Positions 18,255 through 28,338 of a stretch of DNA of 64,000 bases are shown piece after piece. A program made the position numbers and the translations under genes. The notes beneath the pieces are model-generated. The model saw only the letters and a list, made by a program, of their open reading frames with translations, made no database searches and was not told where the DNA came from. Position 1 is the first letter of the stretch. Each line of letters opens with the position of its first letter. The stretch spans positions 128,001 to 192,000 of the forward strand of contig CAXXWC010000013.1 in assembly GCA_963668645.2 (NCBI GenBank), read 5' to 3'. The stretch is from Desulfobacterales bacterium. GTDB lineage: Bacteria > Desulfobacterota > Desulfobacteria > Desulfobacterales > UBA2174.

Positions 18255-20668
18255 CGGTCCGTTTCGGCGGTCCGGGCCTGCTGGCGTTGGGCTTCCACCG
18301 CCAGCACGGCGGCCAGGATCAGGGTTTTGATGGCTTCGGGAGAAAGCCGGTCGGCCAGCAGATCGGCGCCGGCATCGGCCACGAATCGGTCTGCGGACCG
18401 GCCCTTGAAAAGGTGCATCATGGCCGCGTTGTATCGTCCCGAGCGCCAGGCCGGCCAACTGTCCAGGGCTTTGAGGGCCTCGCGCAGCAGATCCAGGGCC
18501 GCAGCCAGGTGCTTGCGGCGCAGGGTGGTGCGGTAATAGCGTTCGGCGGCCGTGTTGAATTCTGCGGCTGTCAGACGCATGGGATCGGCGCTGCCGGCGG
18601 TTTCCAGGATTCCGTCGAGGAGGCGGCCGGCGGCGGTGGCATGCGTGTCTTCCAGTCTCGCGGCCAGGTCGGCCAGGGTCTCTTCGAGGTGCAGGGCCTC
18701 GATCAGATCGGCAGCCTCGGTGCGCAGAAACGCGAGCAGGGCCTGGCGGAAGCGGTCCTGGCGCACCCGCAGATACCCCTGGTAGCGCCGGCTGGCGCGC
18801 ACCTCGGCGGTGCCTTCGAGTATGCGGCCCAGGAAGCGGTTGCCGGTCTGCTTGTGCACGAAGAAGGTCGGGATCCCGATGGCGCCGCCGAAGACGACCT
18901 GGCGCCGTTCGCTTTCGATCACCGGTGCGTCGGGGATCTCGGCATGGGCCGTGCGCCCGGACAGGGCCTCGCGGTAGGCCGCGGCGGTCACCAGCCACTG
19001 CAGATCGGCAGCCCGGCCCATATCCTCCAGCACGTTTTCGAACTGGCTGTAGTGGCGGCCTTCGAACCCGCTGAATCCGTAGGCGGCAAAGGGCCGCAGC
19101 CGGTGCAGCAGGTAGAGGGGCATGGCGGTGTGAAAGACCCCCTGGGCCGCCAGATCCTTTTTCAACCGTCCGTCGTTGCCCGTGATGCCGTCCATGGCCG
19201 GGCTTTCTTCGGTGCTCATGACGCAGACCAGGTAGTCGATGAGGCGAAAATCGCGGACCAGGTCCCCGCGCAGGCCGCAGGCGCGGCTCACCAGCCGGTC
19301 GAGCCACTCGGGGCCGAAGGGGGTGATGGATTTTCCGAAGCACTTGATGTCCGCCTTGCGCCGCCAGCGGCGCCAGATCATACGCAGGTGGATATCGTGC
19401 AGTTCGTGGGGCAGGAAACCGAGGGCCTTTTCCGGGTGCAGGTCCTGGAAATCGAGCCGGTAGGGTGCGGCCGAATAGGTGCCGACGAACAACGGCAAGA
19501 AGTGTTCGCTGATCTTCAGCACCAGGTCCCCGAGGTGTTTTTCCTCCGCCGGGCCGAACCCGGCCGTGCCGGCCCCGAGCAGGCCGGAAAGCCGGCGGCT
19601 GCCCAGGCTCAGATGGGTGCCGTTGTTGGCCAGGCTGATGTTGGAGGTGGTGGGCAGCACCACCAGGTTGTTGGCGATGATGCCGGCCTCCTTGAGGCGC
19701 GCCACGGCGTTGAGCTGGCTGCGCGACAGCACCCGGTGGCACAGGGCCATGTAGGCGTGTTTGTCCTCGCCGCGGTCCCAGCCGGACAGGCAGGGATTCA
19801 TGAACAGCTCGCGGTAGAAGGTGTCCGAGATCAGTTCGTTGAGCCGGCGCTGGCGGGTGGGCGGATGGGGCGAAAAGTAGACCATGGCCTGCTGGCCGTG
19901 CTCCTCGAGTCCGAAACGCCGGTTGGCGTAGGCCACCAGCAAATGGCTCAACAGGAAGCGCTGGAGGGTTTCGGCCGCCACCCGGCGGCCGTTGCCCCCG
20001 GCCGGGTCGAGGGATACGGGAAAAAAGGAGAAGGTCTCCGGGGAGGTGTTGTCGTTGAGAAAGTGGCCCAGCAGGCGAGAGCCGGCCTCTCGCAGGACAG
20101 CGGGCAGATCGCCGTCGCCGGCGGCATCGGCCAGGGCGAGCTTGAGCAGGTAGCTCACCGGCACCTGGAGCAGGGTCTCGCCCGCCTCGCGGCATTCGAA
20201 ACGCTCGCAATCATCGCGGCGCGGTCCCTGGGGCCGGCGCTTGTCGGCCAGCAGATCCGCTTCGAGCACCGAACGGGCGTATTGGTTGAGCCGGGCTGCA
20301 GGAAAACGGACCCAGGAATGCTCCCAGATCCGCTCCGGGTTGTCGGCGACAAAGGCGTTGAGTTCCTGGAGCCGGCGCACCGGGGTGTCCCCGGCGGCCG
20401 CCTTGCGCTCCAGGTTGCGATAGTAGCGCGAGGTAAGAATGCGCCGGGGCAGGTCGACGTCCTCTTTTTCCCCGGCCACCGCCGTTTGCAGCTCGTTTTC
20501 GGCTCCGGCGGTGGCGTCGCCCGGCCCGAAAGGCATATTTTGCAGCCAGGCGGCCGGCTGCTGCGGATCGAGGTCCAGGGCCCGGCGGCAGCGATGGAGC
20601 AGATCGGTCTCAGGCGGGCTGGCCAGCACCTGGAGAGCCGCCCCGGATGGGGTGAAATAGGGGGCCAT
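18251..20668 (-). CDS. 805-aa hypothetical protein, probable GS/gamma-GCS/PafA-fold carboxylate-amine ligase
   Basis: Ordered motifs TAGAENELQ, DNTSPE, NGTHLSLG, LPLFVGTYSAAPY, RLRP...FEGR. Confidence 0.65.
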   Translation of the reverse strand: MAPYFTPSGAALQVLASPPETDLLHRCRRALDLDPQQPAAWLQNMPFGPGDATAGAENELQTAVAGEKEDVDLPRRILTSRYYRNLERKAAAGDTPVRRLQELNAFVADNPERIWEHSWVRFPAARLNQYARSVLEADLLADKRRPQGPRRDDCERFECREAGETLLQVPVSYLLKLALADAAGDGDLPAVLREAGSRLLGHFLNDNTSPETFSFFPVSLDPAGGNGRRVAAETLQRFLLSHLLVAYANRRFGLEEHGQQAMVYFSPHPPTRQRRLNELISDTFYRELFMNPCLSGWDRGEDKHAYMALCHRVLSRSQLNAVARLKEAGIIANNLVVLPTTSNISLANNGTHLSLGSRRLSGLLGAGTAGFGPAEEKHLGDLVLKISEHFLPLFVGTYSAAPYRLDFQDLHPEKALGFLPHELHDIHLRMIWRRWRRKADIKCFGKSITPFGPEWLDRLVSRACGLRGDLVRDFRLIDYLVCVMSTEESPAMDGITGNDGRLKKDLAAQGVFHTAMPLYLLHRLRPFAAYGFSGFEGRHYSQFENVLEDMGRAADLQWLVTAAAYREALSGRTAHAEIPDAPVIESERRQVVFGGAIGIPTFFVHKQTGNRFLGRILEGTAEVRASRRYQGYLRVRQDRFRQALLAFLRTEAADLIEALHLEETLADLAARLEDTHATAAGRLLDGILETAGSADPMRLTAAEFNTAAERYYRTTLRRKHLAAALDLLREALKALDSWPAWRSGRYNAAMMHLFKGRSADRFVADAGADLLADRLSPEAIKTLILAAVLAVEAQRQQARTAETDR

Positions 20669-20793
20669 GGCGCATTTCCTTTTTTAATGACCTCGCACAG
20701 AACACCGTGGTTTTCATCGCCGCTGTGCGATGAGGGGTCTCTTTTAAATGAGATATGTTGAAGGGCGATTGTTCGCGGGATGTGAAGCGGGGG

Positions 20794-23298
20794 TTAGAAT
20801 TTGAAGGGTTCAAAAAGGTCAGCCGCCAGCAGCTCCCGCAGGGCGGTTTGCCGGTGGCTGGTATCCTGGTTGCGCACCGCCATGGCCATGGCCTTGCGGG
20901 TGCCGACGAGCACGGCCAGCTTCCGGGCGCGGGTCAGGCCGGTGTAGATCAGGTTGCGAAACAGCATCTTGAAGTGCTGGGTCAGGACCGGGATGATCAC
21001 CGCCTCGAACTCGCTGCCCTGGGATTTGTGGATGGTGATGGCATAGGCCAGGTCGAGGTCGGTGAGGTCGTCGCGTTGGTAGAGGACGATGCGCCCGTCG
21101 GGAAAAAAGCGGACCGAACAGGTCAGGGCCTCGTTGTCGATGGTCTGGATGACGCCGATATCCCCGTTGAAGACCCCCAGGTCGTAGTTGTTGCGCCGGT
21201 GGATGACCCGGTCGCCCACGCGCAGGATGCGCTCGCCGATTTTGATCTGGGCCCTGCCCTGGCAAAACGGGTTGGTGGTCTCCTGGATCAGGCTGTTGAG
21301 GCTCACCGTGCCCAGGCTGCCGCGGGTCATGGGGGTGATGATCTGGATTTCGGTCTCGGCGCCCAGATACTTGGGGATCCATTCCGCGTAGAGCTTGCGC
21401 ACCACGTCGCCGGCCGCCAGGCCGTAGCGCAGGGCCGACCAGCGATGCACCTTGTCGAGCACGGCCCGCAGTTCATCGACCGGGGTGCGTGCGGCCATCA
21501 CCTTTTCCAGGTCGACATGCTGGAATTTTTTCGGGATCGTCAGCTCGGTTTCATAGGGTGCCACCGGCTCGCTTACCCTGAAGGCGTAAAGGTCGGCATC
21601 CGCCAGGGGCGTATCTCCGGCCACGCCGGGCCGGCTCTCAAAATACCGCTTGACCCTGGCGATAAAGTCGAGCTGCTCCTTGGTGGCTTCGTCGGCGTCC
21701 ATGAAAAAGCAGTCGGTGCCGTTTTCCCAGACCTCGGGTTTGTTGAAGGGCGAGTCGATCCAGGGCAGCTCACCCTGGTTGATCTGGTAGGCGAACTTGA
21801 TGATGCTCGAAGCCTGGGCCTGCCGGAAGATCCTCGACAGCCGGAAACAGGGGATCGTGCCGGCGCCGATCATGTCGCGCAGCACGTTGCCGGCACCCAC
21901 CGAGGGGATCTGGTCCGCATCCCCGATGAAAAGGACCTGACTCTGGCCGGGGACCGCCTTGAGCAGCGAGGCGGTCAGGCTGATGTCCAGCATGGAGGAT
22001 TCGTCGATGATGAGAAAATCGACCGCCAGCAGGTTCTCCTCGTTGCGGCTGAATTGCCCGCCTTTCCACTCCAGCAGCCGGTGAATCGTCTTGGCCTCCC
22101 TGCCGATCACGTCCATCATGCGCTGGGCGGCCCGCCCGGTGGGGGCCGCCAGGATCACCTTGCGGTCCATGGCCTCCAGCAGTCTGACGAGCACCAGGGT
22201 GGTGGTGGTCTTACCCGACCCGGGACCGCCGGTGAGGATGGCATATTTTTCGCCCACGATCCCCCTGACCGCTGCGGCCTGCTCTTCGCCGAGGGAAAAG
22301 TTCTGCCGCCTGCCAAACCGATCCAGCCAGCGCTCGATCTTTTCGGGGGCCACCGGCGGCACGCCGCCCCGGTCCACCAGTTTGCGGGCCACGTAAAGTT
22401 CGTCGAAATACAAGGACTTGGCATAGTAAGCGGTTGCCGTCGCGCCGTCGGGGGTGCTGATCTCGCGAACCTTCAACAGCCCGCTTTCTTCCATCTGTAA
22501 AAGGAGTGCCGGCAGCCGCTGGCCGATGTCCAGTTCGATCAATTGGCCGGTCTGGGCCTCGATCTGGGAAAGGGTCAGGTAGCAGTGGCCGAACTCCCTG
22601 CCCGCGGCCAGCACATGGCGGATGCCGGCCATGATCCGCTGGGGGCTATCCTTTTCGAGCCCGATGCTCTGGGCCACCCGGTCGGCGGAAAAAAAGCCGA
22701 TCCCGTAGATGTCGTTGGCCAGCCGGTAAGGATCCTCGGTGACCAGGGTGATGGCCCGGTCGCCGTACTGCTTGTAGATGCGCACGGCGAAAAGGGTGCT
22801 GATCCCATGGGACTGGAGAAACATCATCACATCCCGGATGGCGCGGTGTTCGGTCCAGGCCTCGCGGATCATGGCGAGCTTCTTGGCGGCGATGCCCGGC
22901 ACCTCGGTGAGCCTGTCGATCTCTGCTTCAAAGACATCCAGGGTCTTTTCGTTGAAGTGCTGGACGATTTTGCGGGCCGTTTTGGGGCCGACCCCCTTGA
23001 TCAGGCCGGAGCCGAGGTATTTTTCCAGGGCCGCGGCCGAGGCCGGCTTTTTTTCCACCGCTGAGGTGGCCCTGAACTGGCGGCCGTATTTGGGATCTAC
23101 GGTCCAGGCCCCGTGAAATTCCATCGTGGCGCCGGCAAAGACCTTGGTCTGGTGGACGATCACCGTTTCCTGCTGCAGCGGGTTGTTAAAGGGAACGACC
23201 CGCAGCACGGACCAGCCGCTGTCCGGATTGTGGAAGGTCACCCGGTCGACGATCCCGCGGATCGATTCGCTGATGGCGCCGGTAAGTGGTTGTGGCAT
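20794..23298 (-). CDS. recD2: ATP-dependent RecD2-like SF1B DNA helicase
   Basis: YLGSGLIKGVG, HhH region, GGPGSGKT, APTGRAA, IDESSM, FRQA, AYAITIHKSQGSE, YTGLTRAR. Confidence 0.93.
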   Translation of the reverse strand: MPQPLTGAISESIRGIVDRVTFHNPDSGWSVLRVVPFNNPLQQETVIVHQTKVFAGATMEFHGAWTVDPKYGRQFRATSAVEKKPASAAALEKYLGSGLIKGVGPKTARKIVQHFNEKTLDVFEAEIDRLTEVPGIAAKKLAMIREAWTEHRAIRDVMMFLQSHGISTLFAVRIYKQYGDRAITLVTEDPYRLANDIYGIGFFSADRVAQSIGLEKDSPQRIMAGIRHVLAAGREFGHCYLTLSQIEAQTGQLIELDIGQRLPALLLQMEESGLLKVREISTPDGATATAYYAKSLYFDELYVARKLVDRGGVPPVAPEKIERWLDRFGRRQNFSLGEEQAAAVRGIVGEKYAILTGGPGSGKTTTTLVLVRLLEAMDRKVILAAPTGRAAQRMMDVIGREAKTIHRLLEWKGGQFSRNEENLLAVDFLIIDESSMLDISLTASLLKAVPGQSQVLFIGDADQIPSVGAGNVLRDMIGAGTIPCFRLSRIFRQAQASSIIKFAYQINQGELPWIDSPFNKPEVWENGTDCFFMDADEATKEQLDFIARVKRYFESRPGVAGDTPLADADLYAFRVSEPVAPYETELTIPKKFQHVDLEKVMAARTPVDELRAVLDKVHRWSALRYGLAAGDVVRKLYAEWIPKYLGAETEIQIITPMTRGSLGTVSLNSLIQETTNPFCQGRAQIKIGERILRVGDRVIHRRNNYDLGVFNGDIGVIQTIDNEALTCSVRFFPDGRIVLYQRDDLTDLDLAYAITIHKSQGSEFEAVIIPVLTQHFKMLFRNLIYTGLTRARKLAVLVGTRKAMAMAVRNQDTSHRQTALRELLAADLFEPFKF

Positions 23299-23845
23299 CG
23301 TTTGAGCGGCAAAGGGTGTATTGATTTTGGACGGCTGCCGGTAACGGAGGAAACATATACCGGATAAAGGGTGGGTTAGGCAATCGGGTCGTCCGGGCAG
23401 ACAGTAATTTTCGGTAAAATCAAGAGATGTTCTCTTTCTGTGCAACCATCGGTCAACGCTCCGAGCCAGTGTCGCGGCTTAGGCGGCCTTGGGTCTGAGT
23501 TTGCGCACCCGAGCGGCGGGGGAGGCCGGGAGGCTGACGGTGGTCGTAAAACCGGCATTATGGAAAAAACCAACTCCGGCAACATGACGAAATGAAAGAG
23601 AGACTTCGCGCGTAAAACGGCGACCCGGGGATAACCCTCGCGTCCGCCCGAAAAACTCGGCCCCCTCCTGCAAACGCGTCGTTTTGCTGGGGCTTACCCT
23701 GGATACTTTTAACCCGGGTGCGCAGCTTTTTTAAAAAGCGGGTATTTTCTACACGCCTGATCTTCGGTCAACTCTTCTCCATCGCCTCCTTGGTATTCCA
23801 TGATATTTATGTAAATTCAATCCGTTGTAATTATTTTAGGCTGTT

Positions 23846-23861
23846 TGGCACACCGGTTGCT
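23846..23861 (+). promoter_or_regulatory. Sigma54 -24/-12 promoter
   Basis: TGGCAC-ACCGG-TTGCT, exact consensus spacing, about 70 bp upstream of ATG 23931. Confidence 0.8.
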
Positions 23862-23930
23862 CTACGGGAAGTTGACGACAATGAAACACCACTGGACGGA
23901 ACGTATAAGAAAAACCCAAAGGAGGTTGTC

Positions 23931-24215
23931 ATGAAGAAGAATCACGTCATCCGAGCCATTCTGGCCGCCGCTGTCATCGCCCTGGTGGGCCTTTCCGGCA
24001 TCGCCCTGGCCAGTCCATACGGAGGCGGGCGGCAAATGGGCTATGCCAATTTCGACTCTCCGCGCTATGAGGAAGGTAGAGCCCCGGGATGGGGTCCCGG
24101 GCGCATGGCCCATCGCTTCGAGATGCGCCGCATCGGCCCCGAAGCCGGCCATGGCAGAGGATACGGCCGGGGACTGCACCACGGTTGGGGCGGCCGCGGC
24201 GCCTGCTGGCATTGA
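23931..24215 (+). CDS. Small secreted Gly/His/Arg-rich protein (94 aa)
   Basis: RBS aaggagg; signal peptide ending IALA; C-terminus GHGRGYGRGLHHGWGGRGACWH. Confidence 0.8.
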   Translation: MKKNHVIRAILAAAVIALVGLSGIALASPYGGGRQMGYANFDSPRYEEGRAPGWGPGRMAHRFEMRRIGPEAGHGRGYGRGLHHGWGGRGACWH

Positions 24216-24238
24216 GCTGAAAACATCCCTGGCTGAAG

Positions 24239-24274
24239 CGCAAAAAAGGGGGATCGGCGATCCCCCTTTTTGCG
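24239..24274. terminator. Bidirectional intrinsic terminator
   Basis: cgcaaaaaaggggga-tcggcga-tccccctttttgcg between convergent genes. Confidence 0.85.
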
Positions 24275-24539
24275 TTTGAAGGGCGCAGGCCTGGAAAATG
24301 GCGGGATAATGCTGCTCAACCGCAAGGCGCCCGGTTCAGGGTGGGGAGGCTCCGTTGCGGCGACGATCCGTCCAGCGCGCCCATAGGAAGGCGAGTTTGC
24401 GCAGCAGGGAGGCCGTGCGATCCTTGGGATTGGTGATGACCGTGTCATCCTCCATCTGCTTGAGGATCTTTTCCATGGGGCTTTTATGAATTTGCATGGC
24501 CGTGGCTCCTGTGGCCGGCCGGCGGCCGGCCCATGGGGG

Positions 24540-24953
24540 TCAAAGGGCGGCACCTTGCAGCGCCGCGGACGCTTGCACCGGGTGCAGGGCTTCGGAGGCC
24601 CGCTGGATGGTTTTGCGGATCTCTTTGAGCTTGAAGGGCTTGGCGATAAAGTCGAAGGCGCCCTTGGTCAGCGATTCACGGGCCAGCTCCAGGGTCGCAT
24701 ATCCGGTGATCATGATGAACTTGACCTGTGGCGTCTTTTCGAAGACCTTTTCCATCACTTCGAGACCGTCGATTTGTCCCATGCGGATATCGCTGATGAC
24801 GATGTCAAACGCCTTGGCCTCGATCCGCTCGATGGCGGCGGCCGGATCGGTAAAGGTCTCGACCCGGTGCCCGTCGCGGGTCAGAAAGGATTGCAGCCGT
24901 TCGCCGACGATCGGTTCGTCATCCACGATCAGAATGTCGCAGTGATTGCTCAT
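24540..24953 (-). CDS. Single-domain response regulator
   Basis: ILIVDDE, ISDIRM, ITGY, KPF. Confidence 0.9.
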   Translation of the reverse strand: MSNHCDILIVDDEPIVGERLQSFLTRDGHRVETFTDPAAAIERIEAKAFDIVISDIRMGQIDGLEVMEKVFEKTPQVKFIMITGYATLELARESLTKGAFDFIAKPFKLKEIRKTIQRASEALHPVQASAALQGAAL

Positions 24954-24993
24954 GTGATCCTCCTCGGTCCCTGCCCGGTCTTTTACCGGCGCT

Positions 24994-26112
24994 TCAGGCC
25001 GCTTTGGCCTCGATTGCCGGCGTCTGGGTGCCGGGTTCGCGGACGATTAAAAGGGTTTTCTGGATCTTGCGGCGCTGGCGGTAGATGTGCACCACCTTGG
25101 TCAGAATGACCAGGGCGCCGCTGATGCCGCTGGCAAAAAGAAAGAACTTGCTGGCGCCGTTGAGGTAGACGTCCCAGCCCGGCGTATAGCTGATAAATCC
25201 CAGATGGCGCAGGTAGACCGGGATGGCGATGACCCGGCTGAAAACGCACAGCAGGATGATCAGGCTCGTGACCACGCGGATATATTTTTCGTTGACGACC
25301 TTGACCCCGTAGACGCCCAGATGGATGCCCACCAGCGAGCCCAGATAGAGCAGCATGGTCAGGCGCAGGTCCACGAACCCCTGGTAGGTGTAGCTCAGGG
25401 CGCCGTAAGCGCCCATGAACAGGGCCAGGAACAGTTCGGTGCCCGTGGCCACCGCCGTGGGCACGCCGAAGACGTAGATCATGGCCGGCACCCCGATGAA
25501 GCCGCCCACCCCGATGGTGCCGGCCAGATAACCGGTGGCGATGCCCACCGCCATCAGCACCCAGAGGCTGACATCGGTGTCGGCCGTTTCGAAGTGGATC
25601 ACCGGGGGGATGTTCATCCGCGCCAGGGCGTCGGCGATTTTCATCGAAGGCCCGCCGTCGCCGTTGGATTTGAGCACGTCGCGCAGCATGGAGACGGCCA
25701 CCACCGAAAGAATCAGGGCGAAGACCAGGCTGATGTACAGATTGGCGCCGTCGCCCGTGGCCGCCCCGTGGGCGTCGCCGCCGCCGTGGAAGAGGTAGCT
25801 GTTGATGGCCACGGCGATCTGGATGCCGATGACGGCCGTGACCAGCATGTAGGCCGCCAGTTTCTTGTCCACGTTGCCGGCGGCGGCGTGCTTGCGCGAG
25901 CCGACCATGGCCTTGCCGAATTTATGCGTGATGTTGCTGGCCACGGCCATCACGCCGCCGACGCCAAGATTCATCATGCCGGGGGTCATGAAGAAGGCCC
26001 CGCCGCTGCCGATGAAACCGCTGAGGATGCCGCCGATGAAGCCGATCAGCACCACCTGCAGGCCGACCATCAGGTCGATGTGGATATAGTGCATGGTGAG
26101 CAATTCGTGCAT
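24994..26112 (-). CDS. TauE/SafE (DUF81) family membrane transporter
   Basis: GFIGSGGAFFMTP and GTIGVGGFIGVPAMIY repeats; multi-TM. Confidence 0.88.
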   Translation of the reverse strand: MHELLTMHYIHIDLMVGLQVVLIGFIGGILSGFIGSGGAFFMTPGMMNLGVGGVMAVASNITHKFGKAMVGSRKHAAAGNVDKKLAAYMLVTAVIGIQIAVAINSYLFHGGGDAHGAATGDGANLYISLVFALILSVVAVSMLRDVLKSNGDGGPSMKIADALARMNIPPVIHFETADTDVSLWVLMAVGIATGYLAGTIGVGGFIGVPAMIYVFGVPTAVATGTELFLALFMGAYGALSYTYQGFVDLRLTMLLYLGSLVGIHLGVYGVKVVNEKYIRVVTSLIILLCVFSRVIAIPVYLRHLGFISYTPGWDVYLNGASKFFLFASGISGALVILTKVVHIYRQRRKIQKTLLIVREPGTQTPAIEAKAA

Positions 26113-26142
26113 ATGCCTGCCTCCCTGAGCGATGAGTAACGG

Positions 26143-27660
26143 TTAGTCGATGTTGATGATCTTCAGTCCCAGTCCCGTGACGGTGCCGTAGATGTAGGCG
26201 ATCAGGGGAATGAAGACGACCATGACCAGCGGGGCGATCCACTTGTGGGCCTGGTGGAAGGGGCCGCTGAGAAAATCGAGGACCGGCTTCTGGTGCGTCA
26301 ACACCAGTATGTAGGCCAGGACCGTGAGCGCCAGATAGCCGACCAGGGTGAAGGCCTGGCGCTTGCCGAACAGAAAGCGCGACTTGAGTTCGTCGGCGGT
26401 GATCACCGGGGCCTTGAGCCGGTCGCGGATCCCCAGGGCCAGTTCGCGGGTCTGGCGGGTGCGGGTAGACCGGCCCTTGGCCAGGAACATGTCGCCGATG
26501 ACCACCAGGGAATAGCGTCCATGGTGGTTGACCCGTTCCAGGATCTTGTCCGCGCCGCCGCAGACCGTGTGCCGGCCGCCGCAGCGGCCCAGACGCAGCA
26601 GGGCTTCCTCGGTGCGGCTCAGGCCACCGTCGTTGCGCTCGGCGCCCGGTTCGTCGTCCTCGACCCCGCCGTCGCCGGCCATGGAACAGTGCTGGTGGCC
26701 AAAGTTGGCAACAGGCCTTTGCGCATCGGTATTCTCGGCTGCCGGTGCATCGGCGGGCAGCAGGCGCATCAACTCCAGGGCTGCACCCCAGCGCTGGGAA
26801 AGGGTGATCAACTGCTTGAAATTTTCCGCCTCTGGATCGAAACGCTCCTGAACCCAGAGGATGTTGGTTTCGGCCATGGTGCACTGGATGCCGGAACAGT
26901 CGGGCAGATCGGTCAGGACCTGGGGGATGTGACGGCTCAGGGCTTCCTGATGTGGGGGATAGGTGACGGTGAGCACGCCCTGGTCGGCCTGCACGTTCAG
27001 GTCGGCTGTCTGGGTGCGATCGTCGCGGGCCAGGCGCAGCCTGGCCCGGGCAGCCAGGTGCTGGTCGGCCAGCAACGCCATGCTGGCCGGCGTGGGTTGG
27101 AAATCGGGCAGGGTCGCCATTTCACACAGCAGGCCGGCCGCGTTGGATAACCCCAGGGTCTCCAGGTTGAAAAAGGCGTCGAACTGGCCCGGGTCCCCGC
27201 CGTTTTCATGGTGGATGTAGCGGATCCATTTGTCGATATCTTCGTCGAGCTGGGTAAGGTGGGTTTCGGCCTTGTCCGGGGTGATCTTCAGGGCCTGGGC
27301 CGTGCGCTGGATCCGTCCGGCCAGCGGGGCCGTCAGCCCGACCCGCAGCCGGTGGCTGACGCCGGGCAGCAGCAGGTGCCCGGCGCGCCCGGTGTAGATC
27401 ATGTTGCCCTGGCCGGCAGCATCGCAGAGGGCCGCGGTGAGAAAGGCCAGGTAGAGATTCCTTTCCCGGGCCAGCTTTTCGGAACTGCCCGGGCTTTTGA
27501 TCATGGCCGTTTCAAGACGACCCACCCTGATCCCCGCCTTGCGGGCCTCTTCCTGAAGCTGTTCCCGGCTGAGCACTGGCCAGTTGGTCTTGCGGGCCAA
27601 CTCTTGCGCCAGCTGTGGCCCGCCGCCCTGATACCGACTCGAAATCATGATGATGGCCAT
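26143..27660 (-). CDS. Cytidylate-kinase-like family protein with C-terminal TM helices
   Basis: IIMISSRYQGGG degenerate P-loop, GRAGHLLLPGVSHRLRV; two hydrophobic C-terminal segments. Confidence 0.75.
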   Translation of the reverse strand: MAIIMISSRYQGGGPQLAQELARKTNWPVLSREQLQEEARKAGIRVGRLETAMIKSPGSSEKLARERNLYLAFLTAALCDAAGQGNMIYTGRAGHLLLPGVSHRLRVGLTAPLAGRIQRTAQALKITPDKAETHLTQLDEDIDKWIRYIHHENGGDPGQFDAFFNLETLGLSNAAGLLCEMATLPDFQPTPASMALLADQHLAARARLRLARDDRTQTADLNVQADQGVLTVTYPPHQEALSRHIPQVLTDLPDCSGIQCTMAETNILWVQERFDPEAENFKQLITLSQRWGAALELMRLLPADAPAAENTDAQRPVANFGHQHCSMAGDGGVEDDEPGAERNDGGLSRTEEALLRLGRCGGRHTVCGGADKILERVNHHGRYSLVVIGDMFLAKGRSTRTRQTRELALGIRDRLKAPVITADELKSRFLFGKRQAFTLVGYLALTVLAYILVLTHQKPVLDFLSGPFHQAHKWIAPLVMVVFIPLIAYIYGTVTGLGLKIINID

Positions 27661-28075
27661 CGCGGTTCTCTTCCTTTCCTAGATAGCTGATGTGGTTTTT
27701 GCCCCGTACCTCGATGATCTGGCTGGCAACCAGGGGTTTGATTTGCCGCAGGAGGTGCCGGCAGATCTCGTCGTCGGCGTTGAGAACCAGCACGTCGATG
27801 CCCTCCAGGCGTTCCATGGCAACGATTTCGGCCGCCAGCCCGTTGCCGGTGATGTGATGGGAGACCTCCAGACCTGCCTGCCGGGCGCCGCTGATCAGTT
27901 CCTTGAGCGCTGTTTCAAACCAGGACAGCCGGGAATTTTGTGGCTGCGTGGCGGTGTGCTGCTGCAGGATATAGATCCGCGCCCCGATGCGCTCGGCCAA
28001 GGCCAGGGCATAGTGAACACCGTTGAGGTTCCAGCCGTTGGCGGCCAGGGGGATAAGTATCTTTTTGCGGAACAT
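27512..28075 (-). CDS. Universal stress protein-like
   Basis: KKILIPL...YALALAERIGARIYIL...IDVLVL; the tail overlaps the next gene by 149 bp. Confidence 0.65.
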   Translation of the reverse strand: MFRKKILIPLAANGWNLNGVHYALALAERIGARIYILQQHTATQPQNSRLSWFETALKELISGARQAGLEVSHHITGNGLAAEIVAMERLEGIDVLVLNADDEICRHLLRQIKPLVASQIIEVRGKNHISYLGKEENRDGHHHDFESVSGRRATAGARVGPQDQLASAQPGTASGRGPQGGDQGGSS

Positions 28076-28119
28076 GGCGCCCTTTCCCGAAGCTCATCTG
28101 GTTGCGGCAACAATCCTAA

Positions 28120-28134
28120 TCAATATGCGTGCCA
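28120..28134 (-). promoter_or_regulatory. Probable sigma54 promoter of the USP-TauE operon
   Basis: Minus strand TGGCAC-GCATA-TTGA, one mismatch at -12; next to a bEBP gene. Confidence 0.6.
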
Positions 28135-28338
28135 GATGGGATATGGGCAAAAAAAACAGTATGATAAGTTTTTTGGCGGGAAGGGTGGCGGCAGGGAATG
28201 TTCCGGAATGAAACGGCGCCGGAATTCCGGTGGTTCGGTTTCCGAAAAATGTGCAAATATTTTAATTGGATATGGCGTTGCGTTGCAATATGTAACGCTG
28301 GGGCTGTCCAGCCAACGCCGGAGGGGGTGGCGTGGCGC

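Noticed and set aside
16186..20210. 632-aa and 992-aa ORFs as listed in the track
   Set aside because: Their N-terminal parts are alternative-frame read-through over neighbouring genes; real starts are at 17235 and 18254.
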